A stretch of DNA of 64,000 nucleotides, taken from assembly GCF_009914755.1 (NCBI RefSeq), contig NC_060939.1. One strand, 5' to 3'. Origin of the DNA: the human T2T-CHM13v2.0 reference genome, Homo sapiens. A program made the position numbers and the translations under genes. Shown one piece after another: positions 1 through 12,000 of this stretch (position 1 is its first letter; each line of letters starts with the position of its first letter). The notes under the pieces are model-generated. The model was not told the DNA's origin. It did no database searches and worked only from the letters and a program-made list of their open reading frames with translations.

Positions 1-3000
1 TTCCATTCGAATCGATTGCATTGCAATGCTTTACATTCGAGTCCGTTTTATTCCAGTCCAATCCATTCCGGTCCATTCCGTTCGATTCCATTCCATTCGA
101 TGCCACTCCGTACTATTGTATTTCATTCGATTCCATTCTATTCAAATAAATTCCATTCGAGACCATTCCTTTCATGTCCATTCTATTTGAGTCCATTCCA
201 TTCGAGTCCATTATATTTGGGTCCATTCCATTCAATTCCATTGCAATCGATTCCATTCGATGTCACTCCATTCATTTCTATTCCATTAGAGTCCATGTCA
301 TTCGAGTCCATTCCATTCTATTCTATTCCACTCCATTCCATTCCATTCCACTCCATTCCATTCGTTGCCGTTCCATTCAATTCTATTATATTCCACTCCA
401 TTTAATTCCATTCCATTCCATTCCATTCTATTCCATTCTATCCAATTCCGTTCCATTCTATTCCTTTAAAGTCCATTCCATTCCATTCCATTCGTTTCCA
501 TTCCATTCGAGTAAAGTCCACTACAGTACTTTCCATTCGAGTCCATTCCTCTCCAGTCCATTCCGTTCAATCCATTCCATTCCAGTCCATTCCATTCGAG
601 TCCGTTCCATTCCAGTCCATTCCATTCGAGTCAATTCCATTCCATTCGATATCTTTCCATAACGATCCATTCCAATCTATACCTTTCGATTCCATTCAAT
701 TCCATTCCATTCTATTTCATTCCATTCGATTCCCTTCCATTGGACTCCTTTCCATTCGAGTGCATTCCATTCCGTTCCATTTCTTTCTGCTCTGTATGAT
801 TCCTACCGTTCGATTTCATTTTGTTCCAGTCTATTCCTTTCAAGTCCATTCCATTCCATTTCACTCCATTCGATTCCATTCCACTCGATTCCACTCCGTT
901 CCATTTCATTGCATTCCATTCTATTCCATTCCATTGCATTCCATTGCATTCCATTCGTTTCCATTCCATTCGAATTCATTCCACTCAAGTCCATTCCATT
1001 CGAGTCCATTCCTTTCGATATCATTCCATACTATTGCATTCCATTCGATTCCATTGTTTTCGAATAAATTCCAACCGAGACCATTCCTTTTGTGTCCATT
1101 CTATTTGACTGCATTCCATTTGAGTCCATTAAATTTCTGCACATTCCATTCCTTTCCATTCCATTCCATTCCATTCCTTTCGGTGCCATTCCATTCCACT
1201 CTACTCCATTCAAGTCCATTCCATTTGAGTCCATTCCATTGATTCGATGCCATTACATTCAATTCTATTCCATTCGAATCCATTCCATTCCATTTCCTTC
1301 CAAACGATTCCATTCCATTCTATTACTTTCTATTCCAATCCATTCCATTCCGTTCCATTCGTTTCCATTCCATTCGAGTCCACTCCATTCCAGTCCATTC
1401 CATTCGATTCCATTCCATTCCAGTCCATTCCATTCAAGTCCATTCCACTCCATTCCATTCCATTCGATATCTTTTGATAACACCCCATTCCATTCTGCTC
1501 CTTACAATTCAATTCAATTCCAGTCCATTTCATTCCATTCCATTTGATTACATTCCATTCGACTCCATTCCATTCGACTCTATTCCATTCGAGTCCATTC
1601 CATTCCATTCCATTGCATTCCTTTCGAATCCCTATTCCATTCCATTTTGTTACTGTCCATTCCATTTGAGTCCATTCCATGCCAAACCATTCCATTCGAT
1701 TCCATTCCAATAGATTCCATTGCACTCGAATCCAGTGCGTTCCATTCCATTGCTTTCCATTCTATTACATTCCATTGCATTACATTCCATTCCATTTGAT
1801 TGCATTCCATTCAATTCCATTAATTTCGAATCAATTACATTGCAATCCATTGCATTCGAGTTCTATTCCAGTTCATTGCATTCCGGCGCATTCCGTTCCA
1901 TTCCATTCCATTCGATTCCGTTCCATTCGAATCGATTGCATTGCAATGCATTACATTCGAGTCCGTTTTATTCCAGTCCAATCCATTCCGGTCCATTCCG
2001 TTCGATTCCATTCCATTCGATGCCACTCCATACTATTGTATTTCATTCGATTCCATTCTATTCAAATAAATTCCATTCGAGACCATTCCTTTCATGTCCA
2101 TTCTATTTGAGTCCATTCCATTCGAGTCCATTATATTTGGGTCCATTCCATTCAATTCCATTGCAATCCATTCCATTCGATGTCACTCCATTCATTTCTA
2201 TTCCATTAGAATCCATGTCATTCGAGTCCATTCCATTCTATTCTATTCCACTCCATTCCATTCCATTCCACTCCATTCCATTCATTGCCGTTCCATTCAA
2301 TTCTATTATATTCCACTCCATTTAATTCCATTCCATTCCATTCCATTCCATTCTATCCAATTCCGTTCCATTCTATTCCTTTAAAGTCCATTCCATTCCA
2401 TTCCATTCGTTTCCATTCCATTCTAGTAAAGTCCACTCCAGTCCTTTCCATTCGAGTCCATTCCTCTCCAGTCCATTCCGTTCAATCCATTCCATTCCAG
2501 TCCATTCCATTCGAGTCCGTTCCATTCCAGTCCATTCCATTCGAGTCAATTCCATTCCATTCGATATCTTTCCATAACGATCCATTCCATTCTATTCCTT
2601 TCGATTCCATTCAATTCCATTCCATTCTATTTCATTCCATTCGATTCCCTTCCATTGGACTCCTTTCCATTCGAGTGCATTCCATTCCGTTCCATTTCTT
2701 TCTGTTCTGTATGATTCCTACCGTTCGATTTCATTTTGTTCCAGTCTATTCCTTTCAAGTCCATTCCATTCCATTTCACTCCATTCGATTCCATTCCACT
2801 CGATTCCACTCGGTTCCATTTCATTGCATTCCATTGTATTCAATTCTATTGCATTCCATTCCATTCCATTTGATTACATTCCATCCGATTCCATTCGAAT
2901 TCCAATCAATTACATTGCAATCCATTACTATTGAGTCCGTTTTATTCCAGTCCACTCCATTCTGGTCCATTCCATTTGATTCCATTCCATTCTATTCCAT

Positions 3001-6000
3001 TCCGTACAGTTGCATTCCATTGGATTCCATTCTATATCTATAAATGCAACTCGAGACCATTGCTTTTGAGTCCATTCTATATGATTCCATTCCATTCAAG
3101 TCCATTATATTTGGTTCAATTCCATTCCATTCCATTCCCTTCCATTCCATTCCATTTGATATCAATCCATTCGATTCCATTCCATTCGAGCACATTCCAT
3201 TCGAGTCCATTCCATTCGATGCCATTCCATTTCATTCTATTCCATAAGTCTCCATTCAATTCCATTAATCTCCATTCCATTCCATTCTACTCCAACTGAT
3301 TCCATTCCATTCTATTCCTTTCCATTACATTCGCTTCTATTCCATTCGTGTCCATTCCACTCCAGTCCATTCCATTCGTGTGCATTCCATTCCAGTCCAT
3401 TCCATTTGTGTCCACTGCATTCCATTCCACTCCATTCCATATTATTCCATTACACTCCATTCCATTCTATTACTTTCATTTCCATTCAGTTCCATTACAT
3501 TTGATTCCATTCCACTCGGTTTCACTCCATTTGAGTCCATTCCATTCCATTCCATTCCATTCTGTTCCATTCCATTCCATTCCATTCCATTCCATTCGGT
3601 ACCATTCCATATTGTTCCATTCGATTCCATTCGAATCCATTCCATTCCAGTCCATTCCATTCGATTCCATTCCATTCCTTTCAATTCCATTCCATTCCAT
3701 TCGATTCCACTTGATTCCACTCCATTCCCTTCCACTGCATTCCATTCGATTCCATTCCATTGCATTGCATTCCATTCCATTGGATTGCATTCCATTCGAT
3801 TCCATTCCATTCGAATCAATTACATAGCAATCCATTACATTCGAGTCTGTTCTATTCCGTTGCACTCGATTTCGTTCCAATCCATTCGATTCCATTCCAT
3901 TCGATTCCATTCCATACTATTGCATTCCATTCGATTAAATTATATTCGAATAAATTCCATTCAAGACCATTTCTGTTGAGTCCATTCTACGTGAGTCCAT
4001 TCCCTTTGATTCCATAACATTGGAGTCCATTCAATTCCATTCCTTTCGTTTCCATTCCATTTGATGCCATTCCATTCAATTCTGTTCTACTCGACTCCAA
4101 TACATTCAATTCCATTCCAACCGATTCCATTACATTCTTTTCATTTCTTATCCATTTCAAGCCATTCCATTCCATTCCATTCCACTCGTTTCCTTTCCAT
4201 TCGAGTCCATTCCACTCCAGTCCATTCCATTCGAATCCATTTCACTCCAGTCCATTCCATTCGAATCCGTTTCACTCCAGTCCATTAAATTCGAGTACAT
4301 TCCATTCCATTCTATTCAATGCCATTCCATTCGATTCTATTCCATTCGACACCATTCCTTTCCATTCCGTTCCATCCGATTCCATTCCATTGTATTCCAT
4401 TCAATTCCATTCCATTGCATTCCATTCGTTTCCATTCCATTCGAATTCATTCCACTCAAGTCCATTCCATTCGAGTCCATTCCATTCGATATCATTCCAT
4501 ACTATTGCATTCCATTCGATTCCATTGTTTTCGAATAAATTCCAACCGAGACCATTCCTTTTGTGTCCTTTCTATTTGACTGCATTCCATTTGAGTCCAT
4601 TAAATTTCTGCACATTCCATTCCTTTCCATTCCATTCCATTCCATTCCTTTCGGTGCCATTCCATTCCACTCTACTCCACTCAAGTCCATTCCATTTGAG
4701 TCCATTCCATTGATTCGATGCCATTACATTCAATTCTATTCCATTCGAATCCATTCCATTCCATTTCCTTCCAAACGATTCCATTCCATTCTATTACTTT
4801 CTATTCCAATCCATTCCATTCCGTTCCATTCGTTTCCAATCCATTCGAGTCCACTCCATTCCAGTCCATTCCATTCGATTCCATTCCATTCCAGTCCATT
4901 CCATTCAAGTCCATTCCACGGCATTCCATTCCATTCGATATATTTTGATAACACCCCATTCCATTCTGCTCCTTACAATTCAATTCAATTCCAGTCCATT
5001 TGATTCCATTCCATTTGATTACATTCCATTCGACTCCATTCCATTCGACTCTATTCCATTCGAGTACATTCCATTCCATTCCATTGCATTCCGTTCGAAT
5101 CCCTATTCCATTCCATTTTGTTACTGTCCATTCCATTTGAGTCCATTCCATGCCAAACCATTCCATTCGATTCTATTCCAATAGATTCCATTGCACTCGA
5201 ATCCAGTGCGTTCCATTCCATTGCTTTCCATTCTATTACATTCCATTGCATTACATTCCATTCCATTTGATTGCATTCCATTCAATTCCATTAATTTCGA
5301 ATCAATTACATTGCAATCCATTGCATTAGAGTTCTATTCCAGTCCATTGGATTCTGGCGCATTCCGTTCCATTCCATTCCATTCGATTCCGTTCCATTCG
5401 AATCGATTGCATTGCAATGCTTTACATTCGAGTCCGTTTTATTCCAGTCCAATCCATTCCGGTCCATTCCGTTCGATTCCATTCTATTCGATGCCACTCC
5501 GTACTATTGTATTTCATTCGATTCCATTCTATTCAAATAAATTCCATTCGAGACCATTCCTTTCATGTCCATTCTATTTGAGTCCATTCCATTCGAGTCC
5601 ATTATATTTGGGTCCATTCCATTCAATTCCATTGCAATCGATTCCATTCGATGTCACTCCATTCATTTCTATTCCATTAGAGTCCATGTCATTCGAGTCC
5701 ATTCCATTCTATTCTATTCCACTCCATTCCATTCCATTCCACTCCATTCCATTCGTTGCCGTTCCATTCAATTCTATTATATTCCCCTCCATTTAATTCC
5801 ATTCCATTCCATTCCATTCTATTCCATTCTATCCAATTCCGTTCCATTCTATTCCTTTAAAGTCCATTCCATTCCGTTCCATTCGTTTCCATTCCATTCG
5901 AGTAAAGTCCACTCCAGTACTTTCCATTCGAGTCCATTCCTCTCCAGTCCATTCCGTTCAATCCATTCCATTCCAGTCCATTCCATTCGAGTCCGTTCCA

Positions 6001-9000
6001 TTCCAGTCCATTCCATTCGAGTCAATTCCATTCCATTCGATATCTTTCCATAACGATCCATTCCATTCTATTCCTTTCGATTCCATTCAATTCCATTCCA
6101 TTCTATTTCATTCCATTCGATTCCCTTCCATTGGACTCCTTTCCATTCGAGTGCATTCCATTCCGTTCCATTTCTTTCTGTTCTGTATGATTCCTACCGT
6201 TCGATTTCATTTTGTTCCAGTCTATTCCTTTCACGTCCATTCCATTCCATTTCACTCCATTCGATTCCATTCCACTCGATTCCCCTCCGTTCCATTTCAT
6301 TGCATTCCATTCTATTCAATTCTATTGCATTCCATTCCATTCCATTTGATTACATTCCATGCGATTCCATTCGAATTCGAATCAATTACATTGAAATCCA
6401 TTACTATTGAGTCCGTTTTACTCCAGTCCACTCCATTCTGCTCCATTCCATTTGATTCCATTCCATTCTATTCCATTCCGTACAGTTGCATTCCATTGGA
6501 TTCCATTCTATATCTATAAATGCAACTCGAGACCATTGCTTTTGAGTCCATTCTATATGATTCCATTCCATTCAAGTCCATTACATTTGGTTCAATTCCA
6601 TTCCATTCCATTCCCTTCCATTCCATTCCATTTGATATCAATCCATTCGATTCCATTCCATTCGAGCACATTCCAATCGAGTCCATTCCATTCGATGCCA
6701 TTCCATTTGATTCTATTCCATTAGACTCCATTCAATTCCATTAATCTCCATTCCATTCCATTCTACTCCAACTGATTCCATTCCATTCTATTCCTTTCCA
6801 TTCCATGCCATTCCATTCGCTTCTATTCCATTCGTGTCCATTCCACTCCAGTCCATTCCATTCGTGTGCATTCCATTCCAGTCCATTCCATTTGTGTCCA
6901 CTGCATTCCATTCCACTCCATTCCATATTATTCCATTACACTCCATTCCATTCTATTACTTTCATTTCCATTCAGTTCCATTCCATTTGATTCCATTCCA
7001 CTCGGTTTCACTCCATTTGAGTCCATTCCATTCCATTCCATTCCATTCTGTTCCATTCCATTCCATTCCATTCCATTCCATTCCATTCGGTACCATTCCA
7101 TATTGTTCCATTCGATTCCATTCGAATCCATTCCATTCCAGTCCATTCCATTCGATTCCATTCCATTCCTTTCAATTCCATTCCATTCCATTCGATTCCA
7201 CTTGATTCCACTCCATTCCCTTCCACTGCATTCCATTCGATTCCATTCCATTGCATTGCATTCCATTCCATTGGATTGCATTCCATTCGATTCCATTCCA
7301 TTCGAATCAATTACATAGCAATCCATTACATTCGAGTCTGTTCTATTCCGTTGCACTCGATTTCGTTCCAATCCATTCGATTCCATTCCATTCGATTCCA
7401 TTCCATACTATTGCATTCCATTCGATTAAATTATATTCGAATAAATTCCATTCAAGACCATTTCTGTTGAGTCCATTCTACTTGAGTCCATTCCCTTTGA
7501 TTCCATAACATTTGAGTCCATTCAATTCCATTCCTTTCGTTTCCATTCCATTTGATGCCATTCCATTCAATTCTGTTCTACTCGACTCCAATACATTCAA
7601 TTCCATTCCAACCGATTCCATTACATTCTTTTCATTTCTTATCCATTTCAAGCCATTCCATTCCATTCCATTCCACTCGTTTCCTTTCCATTCGAGTCCA
7701 TTCCACTCCAGTCCATTCCATTCGAATCCATTTCACTCCAGTCCATTCCATTCGAATCCGTTTCACTCCAGTCCATTAAATTCGAGTACATTCCATTCCA
7801 TTCTATTCAATGCCATTCCATTCGATTCTATTCCATTCGACACCATTCCTTTCCATTCCGTTCCATCCGATTCCATTCCATTGTATTCCATTCAATTGCA
7901 TTCCATTCGTTTCCATTCCATTCGATTTCATTCCACTCAAGTCCATTCCATTCGAGTCCATTCCATTCGATATCATTCCATACTATTGCATTCCATTCGA
8001 TTCCATTGTTTTCGAATAAATTCCAACCGAGACCATTCCTTTTGTGTCCTTTCTATTTGACTGCATTCCATTTGAGTCCATTAAATTTCTGCACATTCCA
8101 TTCCTTTCCATTCCTTTCCATTCCATTCCTTTCGGTGCCATTCCATTCCACTCTACTCCATTCAAGTCCATTCCATTTGAGTCCATTCCATTGATTCGAT
8201 GCCATTACATTCAATTCTATTTCATTCGAATCCATTCCATTCCATTTCCTTCCAAACGATTCCATTCCATTCTATTACTTTCTATTCCAATCCATTCCAT
8301 TTCGTTCCATTCGTTTCCATTCCATTCGAGTCCACTCCATTCCAGTCCATTCCATTCGATTCCATTCCATTCCAGTCCATTCCATTCAAGTCCATTCCAC
8401 TCCATTCCATTCCATTCGATATCTTTTGATAACACCCCATTCCATTCTGCTCCTTACAATTCATTTCAATTCCAGTCCATTTGATTCCATTCCATTTGAT
8501 TACATTCCATTCGACTCCATTCCATTCGACTCTATTCCATTCGAGTCCATTCCATTCCATTCCATTGCATTCCGTTCGAATCCCTATTCCATTCCATTTT
8601 GTTACTGTCCATTCCATTTGAGTCCATTCCATGCCAAACCATTCCATTCGATTCCATTCCAATAGATTCCATTGCACTCGAATCCAGTGCGTTCCATTCC
8701 ATTGCTTTCCATTCCATTACATTCCATTGCATTACATTCCATTCCATTTGATTGCATTCCATTCAATTCCATTAATTTCGAATCAATTACATTGCAATCC
8801 ATTGCATTCGAGTTCTATTCCAGTCCATTGCATTCCGGCGCATTCCGTTCCATTCCATTCCATTCGATTCCGTTCCATTCGGATCGATTGCATTGCAATG
8901 CATTACATTCGAGTCCGTTTTATTCCAGTCCAATCCATTCCGGTCCATTCCGTTCGATTCCATTCCATTCGATGCCACTCCATACTATTGTATTTCATTC

Positions 9001-12000
9001 GATTCCATTCTATTCAAATAAATTCCATTCGAGACCATTCCTTTCATGTCCATTCTATTTGAGTCCATTCCATTCGAGTCCATTATATTTGGGTCCATTC
9101 CGTTCAATTCCATTGCAATCGATTCCATTCGATGTCACTCCATTCATTTCTATTCCATTAGAGTCCATGTCATTCGAGTCCATTCCATTCTATTCTATTC
9201 CACTCCATTCCATTCCATTCCATTCCATTCCATTCGTTGCCGTTCCATTCAATTCTATTATATTCCACTCCATTTAATTCCATTCCATTCCATTCCATTC
9301 CATTCTATTCCATTCTATCCAATTCCGTTCCATTCTATTCCTTTAAAGTCCATTCCATTCCATTCCATTCGTTTCCATTCCATTCGAGTAAAGTCCACTC
9401 CAGTCCTTTCCATTCGAGTCCATTCCTCTCCAGTCCATTCCGTTCAATCCATTCCATTCCAGTCCATTCCATTCGAGTCCGTTCCATTCCAGTCCATTCC
9501 ATTCGAGTCAATTCCATTCCATTCGATATCTTTCCATAACGATCCATTCCATTCTATTCCTTTCGATTCCATTCAATTCCATTCCATTCTATTCCCTTCC
9601 ATTGGACTCCTTTCCATTCGAGTGCATTCCATTCCGTTCCATTTCTTTCTGTTCTGTATGATTCCTACCGTTCGATTTCATTTTGTTCCAGTCTATTCCT
9701 TTCACGTCCATTCCATTCCATTTCACTCCATTCGATTCCATTCCACTCGATTCCCCTCCGTTCCATTTCATTGCATTCCATTCTATTCAATTCTATTGCA
9801 TTCCATTCCATTCCATTTGATTACATTCCATGCGATTCCATTCGAATTCAAATCAATTACATTGAAATCCATTACTATTGAGTCCGTTTTACTCCAGTCC
9901 ACTCCATTCTGCTCCATTCCATTTGATTCCATTCCATTCTATTCCATTCTGTACAGTTGCATTCCATTGGATTCCATTCTATATCTATAAATGCAACTCG
10001 AGACCATTGCTTTTGAGTCCATTCTATATGATTCCATTCCATTCAAGTCCATTACATTTGGTTCAATTCCATTCCATTCCATTCCCTTCCATTCCATTCC
10101 ATTTGATATCAATCCATTCGATTCCATTCCATTCGAGCACATTCCAATCGAGTCCATTCCATTCGATGCCATTCCATTTGATTCTATTCCATTAGACTCC
10201 ATTCAATTCCATTAATCTCCATTCCATTCCATTCTACTCCAACTGATTCCATTCCATTCTATTCCTTTCCATTCCATTCCATTCCATTTGCTTCTATTCC
10301 ATTCGTGTCCATTCCACTCCAGTCCATTCCATTCGTGTCCATTCCATTCCAGTCCATTCCATTTGTGTCCACTGCATTCCATTCCACTCCATTCCATATT
10401 ATTCCATTACACTCCATTCCATTCTATTACTTTCATTTCCATTCAGTTCCATTCCATTTGATTCCATTCCACTCGGTTTCACTCCATTTGAGTCCATTCC
10501 ATTCCATTCCATTCCATTCTGTTCCATTCCATTCCATTCCATTCCATTCCATTCCATTCCATTCGGTACCATTCCATATTGTTCCATTCGATTCCATTCG
10601 AATCCATTCCATTCCAGTCCATTCCATTCGATTCCATTCCATTCCTTTCAATTCCATTCCATTCCATTCGATTCCACTTGATTCCACTCCATTCCCTTCC
10701 ACTGCATTCCATTCGATTCCATTCCATTGCATTGCATTCCATTCCTTTGTATTGCATTCCATTCGAATCAATTACATAGCAATCCATTACATTCGAGTCT
10801 GTTCTATTCCGTTGCACTCGATTTCGTTCCAATCCATTCGATTCCATTCCATTCGATTCCATTCCATACTATTGCATTCCATTCGATTAAATTATATTCG
10901 AATAAATTCCATTCAAGACCATGTCTGTTGAGTCCATTCTACTTGAGTCCATTCCCTTTGATTCCATAACATTTGAGTCCATTCAATTCCATTCCTTTCG
11001 TTTCCATTCCATTTGATGCCATTCCATTCAATTCTGTTCTACTCGACTCCAATACATTCAATTCCATTCCATCCGATTCCATTACATTCTTTTCATTTCT
11101 TATCCATTTCAAGCCATTCCATTCCATTCCATTCCACTCGTTTCCTTTCCATTCGAGTCCATTCCACTCCAGTCCATTCCATTCGAATCCATTTCACTCC
11201 AGTCCATTCCATTCGAATCCGTTTCACTCCAGTCCATTAAATTCGAGTACATTCCATTCCATTCTATTCAATGCCATTCCATTCGATTCTATTCCATTCG
11301 ACACCATTCCTTTCCATTCCGTTCCATCCGATTCCATTACATTGTATTCCATTCAATTCCATTCCATTGCATTCCATTCTTTTCCATTCCATTCGAATTC
11401 ATTCCACTCAAGTCCATTCCATTCGAGTCCATTCCATTCGATATCATTCCACACTATTGCATTCCATTCGATTCCATTGTTTTCGAATAAATTCCAACCG
11501 AGACCATTCCTTTTGTGTCCTTTCTATTTGACTGCATTCCATTTGAGTCCATTAAATTTCTGCACATTCCATTCCTTTCCATTCCATTCCATTCCATTCC
11601 TTTCGGTGCCATTCCATTCCACTCTACTCCATTCAAGTCCATTCCATTTGAGTCCATTCCATTGATTCGATGCCATTACATTCAATTCTATTCCATTCGA
11701 ATCCATTCCATTCCATTTCCTTCCAAACGATTCCATTACATTCTATTACTTTCTATTCCAATCCATTCCATTCCGTTCCATTCGTTTCCATTCCATTCGA
11801 GTCCACTCCATTCCAGTCCATTCCATTCGATTCCATTCCATTCCAGTCCATTCCATTCAAGTCCATTCCACTGCATTCCACTCCATTCGATATCTTTTGA
11901 TAACACCCCATTCCATTCTGCTCCTTACAATTCAATTCAATTCCAGTCCATTTGATTCCATTCCATTTGATTACATTCCATTCGACTCCATTCCATTCGA

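Noticed and set aside
6345-6360. DUX4-like TGATTACATT / TGATTGCATT sites and heat-shock elements
   Set aside because: Only partial matches: the terminal TTA of the DUX4 site is missing, and I saw no three correctly spaced alternating nGAAn units.
6508-6522. TATA-like TATATCTATAAA once per unit, and AATAAA hexamers
   Set aside because: They are AT-rich variant pentamers within the ancestral subunit motif, with no supporting promoter or gene context.
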